Assembly (NCBI GenBank): GCA_951406725.2
Contig: OX597824.1
Location: forward strand, 84,506,001-84,570,000
Reading direction: 5' to 3'
DNA: 64,000 nt
Origin: Octopus vulgaris
Lineage: Eukaryota
In this document: positions 12,073-24,269 of the stretch, one piece after another
Layout of the letters: every line of letters begins with the position of its first letter
How positions within the stretch are numbered: the first letter of the stretch is position 1
Translations under genes and position numbers: made by a program
The notes under the pieces: generated by a model
Told to the model about the DNA's origin: nothing
What the model saw: only the letters and a program-made list of their open reading frames with translations
Database searches by the model: none

Positions 12073-13049
12073 ATCTATCTATATATATATATACATACAT
12101 ATATATATAAAGTACTGTGTACCGGTTAATTAATGACTAATTAAATAGTCATGTGACAAACCCCTCTCCTCTTTCAAATTATTTAGATATTTTATGTCTT
12201 TGGGAAATGTTTTTTTAGTGTTTGTGTATGTGAGTGTGTGTGTGTGTGTGTGGTGTTGAGTGGTATGTTGTTTAGTCCCACTGACAGAAAATTTGATCAA
12301 AGGCATTCCAGCCATGACCATCCTGTCTTATTCAAACTTAGTATTTTAAGGACTATTAATGAGTGCTTTGTTTTTTCTTTTTGTTTTTTTCCCCCCTTAA
12401 GACTAGGGTGTGATTTGAGAATCATTCAACTGCTATTTCTGGCAAGATGAACTGCTTCGAGGCTCTTTCTTGGCTCATGGGGTCATGTGTTGTACATGAA
12501 AGTTCAGTGTTGTATAGATTTTGTACTCTGTATATACATATATATATATATGTATATATGAGGTGACATTCAAAATCGTTTTGGGTTTGGGTCAATGTTT
12601 TTGAAGATTTCCTCCCACTCCACCCCTCAGTCTTTTGTGCAATATGTTGAAAATGAAAAAAAAAAACCTTCTTAGTCTAGTAACAATTCTACTCACATTC
12701 TCTCTCTCCTTTCCTATTCCCAATACTAATACTTTGTATTGGGGATTTTGAAGTACAATTATAATAATGAAATACAAATCATCTCTCTCTCTCTCTCTCT
12801 CTCACTAATCTGCAGATGTTCAGAAGAAAATTAATGTTAATAATAATAATAATAAAATTCAACTGAACTAAAATAAAATCTATCGTCAACTACAATGAGT
12901 TTGTGTTATTCTAATATTTAATGCTTTTGTCTTTTATTGTAGAGTTGCTGTGGGCTTAAAACATACACTTGCATTTTATTATAGGCCATACTGAAAAGTG
13001 TACCTACCATTAGCTTCCATTTTATTCATCATAACAATAACTCTGAGCA

Positions 13050-13400
13050 CCTTTTCAAACTCCACCTGTCTAACACCCATGGACATGTTTACAAAATCAG
13101 AAACATTTCGGAAACATTTTTTTCACACTAAGAGTTGCTGAAGTATGGAACAAACTGCCGGCATCAGTTGTTAGTTGTCAGAGCACTGCATCCTTCAAAA
13201 CTTCCATGCTTCCTGAGATTCGCCAACACTACACCTGATTTTCTCCCCTCCGTACACACACAAGCATCTATCTGACTCATACACTGCTGACTTCCCAGAC
13301 ATTTGTACATTACTGCATACGCTTTATACACACTTTTGACAAGTTGTGGTGCACCTGAGCACTGTATACAATAATTTCATTATTATTATTATTATTATTA
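13050..13400 (+). mobile_element. 3' end of a CR1/L2-type LINE with (ATT)n tail; second 3'UTR copy at about 60488-60643 (-)
   Basis: FFTLRVAEVWNKLPASVVSCQSTASFK matches the RT C-terminal WNxLP motif; shared 3'UTR and tail. Confidence 0.75.
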
Positions 13401-13699
13401 TTTTCCCATAGTGACATGGAGTGTACTGTTCAACAGGAGCTGGCAAGCCAGAGGACTGTACCAAGTTTTATAGTCTGCTTTAGCATGGTTTCCACCGTCA
13501 GATGTTCTTCCTAATGCCAACCACTTTACCAAGTGAACTGGGTGTTTTTTGTTTTGTTTCTACATGACACCAGCCTTAGTGAGGTCACCAAGTAACATGC
13601 AAGACAAGATCTATCAATAAAGGGAGGGATTTGTATTAACTTTTTCAAGCTGGGTGGTACAAATAAAATACTACTTATTTGTATCAGTTTAATGAGCGG

Positions 13700-14652
13700 T
13701 GGTACATAACTCATACCGACACTTAAAATTCTTTTCAGATAGAAATTTTGACCCCAAAGACGCACTTCGTTCTGGCCGTCCAGTTGAGTTCGATGAAGAG
13801 CGATTAAATCAACTTTTGCACGAAAATTCTCGTCAAATGACAAGGAAACTGGCAGAGAAAATGGAATGCTCCCATACTGCTATAAAGAAGCATCTTCGCT
13901 CGATGGGAAAGTATGGAGCATAGGTTCCACATTCTTTATGTGACAACAAAAATCAATGAGCCATAATCTCCGTTGCTTTGCTTGCTCGTCACGGGACACA
14001 AGCAACAATTTCTTTACTGAATTGTAACTGGCGATGAAAACTGGTGCCTGTACATCAATATGAAGCAGCGTAAAGAATGGCTTAGCCCCGGTAAACAAGC
14101 AACACTGCACGTGAAACAAGATCAAGATCAACATCTGTGTAAAACGATGTTGTGCGTATGGTGGGACTGGGAAGGGATTATCCATTTTGAATTGTTTGAA
14201 TGGAACCAAATGGTCAACGCAGAACTCCATGTTCAACAGATGGAATGACTCAACACGGCCATTCAAGAGAAAAGACCTAATCTTCTGCTGCTGGACAACG
14301 GCCACCCTCATATCGCCAATATGACCAAGGAAGCCATTCAAACACATAGCTGGGAAGTGCTGCCACACCCACCGTACTCTCTTGATTTGGCACCAATGGA
14401 TTTCCACCTCTTTCGAATGCTATGCGCTGAGTTTCATTCAATACTGATGCAGAATTGAGAACTTGGATCAATTTTTCGAGTCGATATCAAGTGATTTCTA
14501 CCAACAAGGTATTGAAAATCTTGTTGAATGTTGGGAAGAAGTTGTAAGCAACAAGGGTGAATACATTATTGATTAATTAGTTGCCATTTTTTATTAAACC
14601 TTTTAAAAAATTAAAATTTTTTAAAATGGCGGGAACTTAGTTGCCAACCCAA
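13700..14652 (+). mobile_element. Degenerate mariner (DD34D) transposon with the right TIR retained
   Basis: Frameshifted motifs RSGRP, (W)VPH, IVTGDENW, MLCVWWDWEGIIHFEL, DNGHPH and HPPYSLDLAPMDFHLFR; ends GGCGGGAACTTAGTTGCCAACCCAA|TA. Confidence 0.92.
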
Positions 14653-14837
14653 TATAATGCACAGCATGCATATTAATGCAAACACATCAACATAATTTAT
14701 TATATACGAAATTATTATTAAATGAAGAGAACTGCAAAACCACTGTCTTCTTAAGGATGATAAGTAAGTAAATAAATATATTCACCTCTCATACCTCCTG
14801 GTTTTTATGGTCTTATATATATATATATATATATATA

Positions 14838-15195
14838 TCATAAGAACGGTCTTCCTACAGACCTAGTGCCCCTAGCAAGCTCTCCGTAGAGTATGTCCTT
14901 GGGGATTCTGCCATCTTCCATACAGCTAACATGTGCAAGCCATCTCATACATCTTTGTGTGAGGAGTGCAAACATGCTTGGTATTCCTGCTTGCTTGAGG
15001 ACATCTTTGTTGGGGGACATGATTCTTACGATACAAGGATGTTTGCAAAAGGGACATGAAGGCCTGCAACATCAATATTAGCAACTGTGAAGCAGTTGCC
15101 AGCAACCGTGGAGATTGGCAACGTACCGTAAAAGAAGGAACACAAAGGAGTGACAGAGAGAGGAGAAATGGAAAGACAAGAAAAGGATGCCAACA
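14838..15195. mobile_element. RTE-type LINE 3' fragment with an inverted 5' half
   Basis: Minus 15020-14838 encodes ...RWLAHVSCMEDGRIPKDILYGELARGTRSVGRPFL; plus from about 15025 continues LRYKDVCKRDMKACNI...; flanked by (TA)n. Confidence 0.85.
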
Positions 15196-15293
15196 ATATA
15201 TATATATATAAGGTCTTGAATTAAACACAATGTCAGAAACGTGCTCAGTGTAATCCACTTAAAACCCAATGTAGTAGAGTATCTAATTTGAAA

Positions 15294-15654
15294 GACTCAA
15301 GGTAACCTCATGAACCAGCCTACCCCACTATAATATTTACTGCTAGAGTATGCTTCTCCAGCAGATTTATGTGTTTCTACAAACAATCCATATTCATGTG
15401 TGTGTATATATCTATTATACAAAATCCGTTCTATCTGTCTGTGTGTGTCTTCTAGGATCTCGAGCATCCTCCATCCGATTGTGCTCAAATTTGATATGTA
15501 GATACTGATGGTATCAGGGCATGTATAGTCTTGAAAAAATTACAAAAATCGATTGTTTGTAGAAATACATAAATCTGCTGGAGAAGCCTACTCTAAGATG
15601 TAGAGCAGTAAATATTATAGTGGGGTAGGCTGGTTCATGAGGTTACCTTGGGTC
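15294..15654. repeat. Inverted repeat with about 95-104-bp arms around a 160-bp spacer
   Basis: 15294-15388 is the reverse complement of 15551-15654, with one small indel. Confidence 0.9.
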
Positions 15655-15985
15655 TTTTGTACTGCTTAAAGGCACGTTCCTTCCTACCAAGCTTACTGTT
15701 TAAACCATGTTTGTGTTCTCCCAGTCAACAGCCTTATCATTACTTTAAACTCTTCGGTTGCATATTTGTGTGAATAAAATCGTTTTTCTTTGGAATAGAA
15801 AAAAAAGTCATCTTTATTTCTTCTTTTGCTGGTGTCTCAAATTTAGGTTAAATCAGTGTTTCTCAAAGGAGAGGCCTATGGATGGCCGGACAAGTTGTTT
15901 TGAGAAAATTTGGTTCAAATGTTTGACAACTCAGCACCGTCCATTGGACAGGGGGCATTTTGCTCATATATATATATATATAGAT

Positions 15986-16160
15986 CGGTAGCCACTACAC
16001 ACATTTTTTTTCTCTCCTTGTTTTTTTCTGTGTCCCTTTCTGTAGAAGAGCATAGGCTCGAAATGTAAAAGACTTTTTTCAATTCCTGAGAGTTATACTA
16101 ATACATCTGTTTGTTTTGTACACCACCTGTCTTCGTCTTGTTTTTTTCGTGAACTCTCCA
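15986..16160 (+). mobile_element. Penelope-like terminal-repeat fragment with a degenerate hammerhead, in (TA)n
   Basis: CTGTAGA-A-GAGC-ATAG-GCTC-GAAA at 16040-16063; its 3' end is shared with the palindrome at 53358-53488. Confidence 0.55.
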
Positions 16161-17010
16161 TATATATATATATATTATAGAGATGTGTGTGTGTATACAT
16201 ATACACATGTATGAGTGAAGGTCAGCGTTAGTATATGTTTGTCTCTCCTTGTCTTGACTTCAGGCAATAGTTGTAAATAACTGTCCTGGTTCTTAATAGC
16301 CAATATTCTGCTTGAATATGTCCGGCCATGAAGGACACAGGTCTTACCTTTCAGTTTACCGTCAGAAGATATTAGAAAGCAACAACAATTAAAACAAAGG
16401 AATAACTTGTACATAATTACGTTTTTTTTTTTTTTTCTCATTTTATTCATTTATTTTAAAAAGACTAGGCTATCTGCTGCTGCTGCTGGTGGAGTTGTAG
16501 TAAATTGTAGTAATGAATTTGGTTAAATTCCTGCTGTTAATCCAGTTAGCCTTTCACCTCTTGAAAGATGGTAAGGCGAAAGAAATAACATTCTCTTTTA
16601 TCATTTGTTATTATTAGTGTTAGTATTAGTAATAATAACTAGGAAATAATAATTTAAAGAAATACCGTTAGGAGATTATCCTTTGTTTTTACAATGGCAG
16701 GATTATAAGAAACAATGGTGTTTTTTTTAATTTATTTCTTTAAATCTTTTCTAAAATATAAGGAAAACTATGTTGTTCTATTGTTAAAGTTTCCACCATG
16801 ACTGAGAAAAATGTAGAAATAATAGTAATAATAATAATAATTATTATTATTATTAACTTCTTTAAGTTTCTTCATCCCAACATAAATGAAAGACAATTAC
16901 AAGATGCGGGCTCTCCAAGAAGAGCCCCCATGAACTGCAGCAGTAGTAGGGTCTTTGATGTCTCACTACCATCCGGGAAGATGGCAGAACAGCGACAGGT
17001 CTTCCTTCTT

Positions 17011-17063
17011 TTAAAATACTTGGATGATGGAAGAACGGGCTTGGCCTACTCCAATCCATTTCA
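17011..17063 (-). CDS. ADSS: Adenylosuccinate synthetase, last coding exon
   Basis: AACAG acceptor; (V)KWIGVGQARSSIIQVF*; TAA at 17013-17011. Confidence 0.93.
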
Positions 17064-18494
17064 CTGTTAGAAAAATATATAAAGAAGAAAATTATTATTA
17101 TTACCATCATTACGTACGTTTCATGGCTATAATTAAATTCGAATTACAATTAAGTTTAAATTCAATTGAAAATTCGAATTAAAAGTATAGTCAATCTTCA
17201 GGTTAATGATAATAGTTAAATAAATAAGCAAATAGAGTTAATATTTTTTAAGAAATAAATAAAATATTATTATTATTAGTAGTAGTAGCAAGGTGGTGAA
17301 CTGGCACAATTGTTAGCATGCTGGGCAAAAGTGCTCAGTGGCATTTCATCTGTCTTTAGTTCTGAGCTCAAATTCCGCCAGGGTCAACTGTCTTTCATCC
17401 TTTCATGGTCAATAAAATAAGGACCAGCTGAGCACTGGGGTTGATGTAATCAACTTTCCCTCGTCCTGAAATTGCTGGTCTTGTGCCAAAATTTGAAATC
17501 ATTATTGTTATTATTATTTAAACCGGCCAAATCAGAGGCAAGGGCCAAGACCATCAGGCATTATGCTGGGCTTCGAGTGTTGGGCCACATGGAAGCAATG
17601 ACCAAGACCATTTGGCATTATGCTATGCTTGAGAAGAAGACCCGTCAAGTCTAGTAAAACTACAGTTGTGGCAGATAGTGGTATCACGCAAATGGCACCC
17701 ATGCCAGTGGTATGTATAGGAAGGGCATCCAGCCATAGAAACCATGCCAAAACAAACTAGAAATTGCAAGAACATCACAGTAAGTAAACAAAAAATATGT
17801 AAATTCTACACATCTCTCTTCAAATAATTCCTTAATTTCAAATCCTGCCTCATTATGAAGAAATGATTATCCCCCTTGTAAGAGTTGCCATCACTAGGGA
17901 AACCACGACTTTGCTTTTCATCCTTTTAGGGTTGATTAAATAAGTACCAGTTATGCACTGGGGTCGATGTAATCGACTTAATCCCTTTGTCTCTCTTTGT
18001 TTGTCCCCTCTATGTTTAGCCCCTTGTGGGTAGTAAAGAAATATATAAATATATCTAGCAGAGCAGCAAGCTGGCAGAATCGTTAGCACCCCGGGCAAAA
18101 TGCTTAGTGGTATTTCGTCTGCTGCTATGTTCTGAGTTCAAATTCTGCTGAGGTCAAGTTTGCTTTTCATCCTTTCGGGGTTGATTAAATAAGTACCAGT
18201 TATGCACTGGGGTCGATGTAATCGACTTAATCCCTTTGTCTGTCCTTGTTTGTCCCCTCTAAGTTCAGCCTTTGGGGACAACAAGGAAATATATTTAGGC
18301 AGCTCATTGTCTGAATATTTATAGATATTTAGTAGTAAATCTTAGACAGTTATCTGCCTGAATATATTTAGGTATTTAGCTGTAAATATTTTCTGCTATA
18401 TTTCTTTTTTAAACTTTACTAAGGAATAGAAAACCAAAAAGACAAAAAAAAAAAAGAAAGAAAGACAGAAACATATCATAATCTGCCATCTTAC

Positions 18495-18644
18495 CTGGTA
18501 CATTTAACAGTTCTTCAATCTTACGGACATATTTTTGTGCATTTTCAGGAAGATCTTCAAACTTGCGAACATTTTCCGTCGAAGTTAACCATCCCGGTAA
18601 TGTCAAATATTCTACTTCTACACGCTTCAGGTCTTCATCAGATG
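18495..18644 (-). CDS. ADSS: Adenylosuccinate synthetase exon
   Basis: AG/GT boundaries, 150 nt; ASDEDLKRVEVEYLTLPGWLTSTENVRKFEDLPENAQKYVRKIEELLNVP. Confidence 0.96.
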
Positions 18645-19069
18645 CTGAGAGAAAATAAAAACAAAAACGTACTAAATATCTTTTAAAGGGAACACCTCAG
18701 ATGAATTATAATCCACTTTAAAAATATGTCTGCCTTTCACTCATTATAAATATCATCTTTCTAGTCAGTCACTATAAATAAAGCTTATAAATAGAACAAT
18801 GAAAAAGAGAATAACAAAGGCTTTTTTTTTATTATTCATTTAATGGCAATTAGCACTCTTGGTGTGCTAAATTGTCTTTGTGATCTCTGGCAGAAAAATA
18901 TAAAAAAATTTTAAAGGGTGGTTGAATGGTAAGAAGTTTGTATGCCAACCACATGATTCCTGATTTGGTCCCACTTCATGGCGCCTTGTGCAAGTATCTT
19001 CTACTACAGCCTTGGGCCAACTAAAGCCTTGAGTGAATTTGGTAGTCAGAAGCTGAAAGAAGGTTATGT

Positions 19070-19457
19070 AAAGGGGGAGCTGGCAAAAACATTAGCACGC
19101 CGGACGAAATGCTTAGCAGTATTTCGTCTGCCACTATGTTCTGAGTTCAAATTCCGTCGAGGTTGACTTTGCCATTCATCCTTTCGGGTTCGATTAAATA
19201 AGTACCAGTTATGCACTGGGGTCGATATAATCGACTTAATCCATTTGTCTGTCCTTGTTTGGCCCCTTGTGGGTAGTAAAGAAATAGGTATTTCGTCTGC
19301 TGCTACGTTCTAAGTTCAAATTTTGCTGAGGTAAACTTTGCCTTTCATCCTTTCGGGGTCGATAAATTAAATACCAGTTACGCACTGGGGTCGATATAAT
19401 CGACTTAATCCGTTTGTCCCCTCTATGTTTAGCCCCTTGTGGGCAATAAAGAAATAA
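19070..19457 (+). mobile_element. Family A SINE (head plus two units) nested in a family B SINE
   Basis: Junction GAAATA|GGTATTTCG at about 19286. Confidence 0.85.
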
Positions 19458-19881
19458 GAAACCAACACTGACTAAAAAATAACAGATGGAGGACAAACAT
19501 AAACACAAAGACAGACATACACATATGATGGACAACCATATAATTTCTATCAACCAAATTCACTCATAGGGCATTGGTTGCCCCAAGGTTCCACGTAGAG
19601 GGACCGAACCTGAAACCATGTGGTTGCAAAGCAAGATTCTTCACCACACAGCAATGGCTGCACCTACAACTGATGAATTTTGATGATATTTTCTATCCAC
19701 AAATCAATCACTGGCCCTGCGCCTTTGAATTCCTCTGGAATTAAAAAAATCTCTTATATAAAAAGCAGGCAAGGATTGGCAATGATAAATGCCACCTACC
19801 CACAACAAAGCTATACTAACACGGCAAAAGAGGCATAAAGCAAAACAAATGAACACAACACATGCATGTATATATATTTAC

Positions 19882-19979
19882 CTGGTATAGACTCTATGGG
19901 TTTACCATCAAGTTTGTAAGTTATTCCGATTTTGACTTCCTTCAGAACATCAAGAATATCCAATTTAGTAATAGCAACA
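19882..19979 (-). CDS. ADSS: Adenylosuccinate synthetase exon (TKLD GTP-specificity motif)
   Basis: AG/GT boundaries, 98 nt; VAITKLDILDVLKEVKIGITYKLDGKPIESIP. Confidence 0.96.
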
Positions 19980-20220
19980 CTGCAAATGGGAGAAATAAGA
20001 AATTGAAAATAAAATAATTCCTTTTGATATAGGCACAGGGCTAGAAATGGGGTAGGAGTGGGGAAGGAGACTTGGTTGATCAAATTGACTCCAGTAGCTT
20101 ACTGGTACTGCCTGTTATTGATCCTAGAAGGATGAAAGACCAAAGTTGATCTCAGCAGGATTTTAACTTAGAGTGTAGAAGGCTGTCTAACGAAATAATG
20201 TTTCTGCCAATCTATCACCC

Positions 20221-20254
<34 letters not shown>

Positions 20255-21466
20255 TTAATAAAATAAAAAAATAAAATGATGATGATAATAATAATAATAA
20301 TAATAAAAAAATAATGCCCTGATGCAGTATCATAATTCCCTGATGCAGTACCAGGCAGTGGCTCTCATGGCTTCTGATCTTAACTGATAGGGAAGTGTTA
20401 TCATGTACATTGTTTTGTCTTGGTATAGAAGATGGGCTACAACAAATATTCTGCTCAATACCACAGATTTGCTTGTCAGTTGTTTGACCGTAACCAGTTG
20501 AGCATGTCCCTTAGTGGCTGACGATATGTGCATCTCTGATCACGAGCAGAAGTAGTGGGGGAGCATCATAGCCATGTGTTGAGAGGCATTCTTAGAGGTT
20601 TGAATACTTCACCTTTGGAAACATGGGTGGTTCGTTCAACATCCTTAAACAATCCTTATTCAGGGACCTTTTGAGCAGGATGGGTTATTCAACCAGAAGA
20701 AAATTCTAACTGGGCCCTACTTGCAAGGCCATGCGCTGTTTATCTTGATATGGGATCACCATGTCGCGCACATTTGGTTGTGATGTATGTGCCTGGTGTA
20801 CCCTTATTAGACAAGTATACTGGGCTTCGTATATTTTACCCCAGTGTTACTTGGTAACAAATCCTGCCAGCTTGCCACAATAATAATAATAATAATAATA
20901 ATAGGGTTGTTGAAATAAGTACCAGCAGAACACTGGGGCCAATGTAATTGGATAGCCCCCTCCCACAAAATTTCATACTTTATGCCTATAGTAGAAAAGA
21001 TCGTTGTCTTCTTCTTCTTCTTCGTCGTCGCTGCTGCCACCGCATAATGTCTCTCTCCCTCACTTTTTCTTTGTTTATATGCGTGAGTATATTTCTTGTC
21101 ATGTATGAGGAGAGTGAAAGTATGTCAATCATGTTAAATTAACAAATTGAAAAGTCTCTCTTCTCACTATTTCTATGTGTATACTTCTGCATGCATATGC
21201 ATGTGTGTGAGAGTGTGTTTGATTCTAGTGACGAAACATACCGTCGCAAAACAGCCGTGCTAAATCGTGAGCATCCAAACCGCTATACTCAGTCATGTCC
21301 TTCCGAGGCAAAAAGAAGTGATGTAGAATAAAGTGTACTGCCCCAGATATGCAATAAAATATCTGCATCAGAAATAAATGCATGATGCAGCTCAATGCTT
21401 TATATACTGGGCCGTCTCACGACAACCATATTGAACGTCCTGAAGTCAAACAGAGAATCAACTTAC

Positions 21467-21591
21467 GCTGAGAATCCATTGATCATGTGAGAATATCGGA
21501 GCATAACCATGTCTATCCAGCCAATTCGGCGCCTCCTTCCAGTGGTCACACCAAACTCAGCACCACGTTTTTGCAACAAGTCACCCAGGTC
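21467..21591 (-). CDS. ADSS: Adenylosuccinate synthetase exon (aspartate-binding loop)
   Basis: AG/GT boundaries, 125 nt; [41 protein letters not shown]. Confidence 0.96.
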
Positions 21592-21801
21592 CTGTGAAGT
21601 AATAATTTTTAGCTCACAAACAGTTGTTCACGTTATATGGCAGGATAATAACAGGGATGTTATCAAATTAGAAATAATAACAAATATCAGACAACGAACA
21701 TATGGCAAGTAACAGAAATGAGAGCAAATGACAACAAAAATAACATCAAATGATAAACAGAAATTATACCAAATGATAAATAATAACAGAAATAACATTA
21801 A

Positions 21802-22022
21802 CCCTTTCGATACCAACCTGCCTGAAACGGCCTCTGACTCTGTAGTCCAAATGTCTTGTTTTCATATGTTTTGAATTAAAATCTTCCACCAAACCTTAGT
21901 CACAATTTATGTTCCTAACACTAGATTAATGATAACCAAGTTATTTTACTAAATTCTTTGTTATATTTAAAGAAATTGAAAGAACAACAGAGCATCTCAA
22001 AATAAATACGGTAATGAAAGGG
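21802..22022. mobile_element. TTAA-flanked MITE (piggyBac-like); copies at about 62272-62493 and a partial copy at 51085-51286
   Basis: TTAA|CCCTTTCGATACC ... GGTAATGAAAGGG|TTAA. Confidence 0.85.
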
Positions 22023-23113
22023 TTAAAGGACAAATAATGACAGAAATAACCATGACAAGTAAACAGGATTAATATTGAAGAATGATTTCAGTGGATTTTT
22101 GAAAATTATTAAAAAATATGATATATATTTTTAATATTTAAAATATCTAAATTGATATGTTTTTTTTAATATTTAAAATGTCCAAAAGATTATAATTATT
22201 CTACAACACCTACGGTCATAAATCTGCTGGATTGGAACTAACTAAATGTTTAAACAAGGAAGGACACATAAGATAATGTAGGCCTAGATACACTGTGTCT
22301 GAATAAAAGAGAGTCACACCCAGAGTCACATCTATGACCATAGGTCAACTGGATTTGAAGTAACCAAGGACTAAACAAGGAAAGACACATTGGATAATAT
22401 AGTCCTAGATACACAATGTCTGAATAGAAAGAGAGAGATATTCAGAGACGCAATATCATTGATCATAAATCTGACATACACCATGCATTTATGAATAAAA
22501 GGCAGGACAGACACCAGATGTAAAATCTTGGATTGTAGGTCTCCAGGATTAAAACTGCTAAAAGATTAAACAACAAGCTGAATCAAAGAACAGGTGGGCC
22601 ATTAATCCTTATTCATTGAGCCCAGAGTCTGTTCCGTTCCAGCAGATAAATGATCAAAAACATTGCAGCTGTGTTCTTTCTTGCTTTATCTTGGGTTCTT
22701 ATCCAGCAAATCTATGTTCCAGATGTGACCATCCTTTCTTTTTTCAGACATATTTGTTCAATATGTTCTTCCATGTTTTAGACAATAGTGTGAGATTTTA
22801 GGCATAACTGGCTGCTATTTCTAGCAAACCAAGTGACCATATAAAGAGATTCCCTTGTTGGCTCGTACTCATTGAATTGTTGTTTAGCAACCAGTCCACG
22901 GTAGTTCCAGTCCTGAATCAAATTTAATATACACACATTTAATATAGGATAAAGTTTTTCGAAAAAAATTTTATCAATGGCCAGCATATAAAAAAATACT
23001 TTTAAAGGTTAAATTTATAAACAACTTATAAGCAAAGGCAAAAGTAAAAAATTTCTAATGCCAAATAATTCCATGGGTAATGAGTAAGTATTTCATTTAT
23101 TTCTTTGCCGCAT

Positions 23114-23174
23114 TTATCACTGATGAAGAGAAGGTTCTTATGAATTAACTCTGAAATCGGGTCCGATATGATAA
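23114..23174 (+). ncRNA. Type-I hammerhead ribozyme (canonical core) in a Penelope-like terminal repeat, copy 1
   Basis: TTATCA-CTGATGA-AGAG...CTCT-GAAA-TCGG-GT-CCGA-T-A^-TGATAA; all three stems pair; predicted cut after 23168. Confidence 0.75.
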
Positions 23175-23305
23175 TAACGGGATTTTTTAGAAATTTCTGT
23201 CAGCTTTCTTCGAGACGCGTGCTTATAGTGATGAATTATATGGTTATGGACGTTGTGTCTAGTTTCGGCATTAGAAATTGTTTTCTTTTGACCTTGTTTA
23301 TAAGT

Positions 23306-23346
<41 letters not shown>

Positions 23347-23598
23347 AATGTAGGATAAAATTTAAAAAAAAAAAAAAAATTTCGAAAAAATTTTATCTTA
23401 CATTAGATGTAAATTTAATAGTGTTCACCTTCCGGACTCTCCCACTCTGTGAGTGCCTCAGTTCAAATCACACATGTCTTGAATGGGCTGGAGTATTTCT
23501 ATTTTGGATTTATTTGGGGTACTTAGTTGTACTCATGACTTAGTGTTTGCTTCTTCCATGGGTATGAGTAAGTATCTCATTTACTTCTTTGCTACATG

Positions 23599-23657
23599 TA
23601 TCACTGACGAAGGGAGGGTTCTTTATGAATTAATCCTGAAATTGGTCCGATATGGTA
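23599..23657 (+). ncRNA. Type-I hammerhead ribozyme, tandem copy 2
   Basis: TATCA-CTGACGA-AGGG...TCCT-GAAA-TTGG-T-CCGA-T-A^-TGGTA; lies in a direct repeat of about 250 bp (23070-23330 vs 23555-23802). Confidence 0.68.
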
Positions 23658-23801
23658 ATAATGGAATTTTTTAGAGATTTCTGTCAACCTTTTTTTGAGT
23701 AGCGTGCGTACTGGGGAAAAAATTACATGGTAAATGGACAATATGTCCAATTTTCGGCATATTTGGCATTAGAAATTTTTTCGTTTGCCCTTATTTATAA
23801 G

Positions 23802-23838
<37 letters not shown>

Positions 23839-23867
23839 CACATTATATACATACACATAATACTCAC

Positions 23868-24022
23868 ATCTAATAACTCTGTAGGAAATCCTCCAGCACC
23901 AACTCGAGTCAAGTATGCTTTCACCACTCCGTAGACATTGCCAATGTTACGAGGTGGGATACCAAGTCCAGTACACACACCACCGACACTACAATTAGAG
24001 CTGGTCACATATGGATAGGGAC
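23868..24022 (-). CDS. ADSS: Adenylosuccinate synthetase exon
   Basis: AG/GT boundaries, 155 nt; [52 protein letters not shown]. Confidence 0.96.
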
Positions 24023-24269
24023 CTAAAACAGAGTCACATAACAACAAGTTACAAATGGAACAGTGGTTTTGGAGACAGTAAAAATATAATAGGTCAGGGG
24101 TTTTGTAAATGACATCTCAAACACATCCGGTTTGGTTTCACAGCATTAAGTTGATCAAGATTAAATCTTGCCCCACCCTGCCATGCAGAGGATACCAGCC
24201 TATCACACACGACATTTCCAGTTGATGTACTGTCCTACAGACAGAATGAAATAAATAGGTTTCACTGGA

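Noticed and set aside
13699-14471. Domesticated SETMAR-like gene
   Set aside because: Multiple stops and frameshifts, no SET domain, and the TIR is retained.
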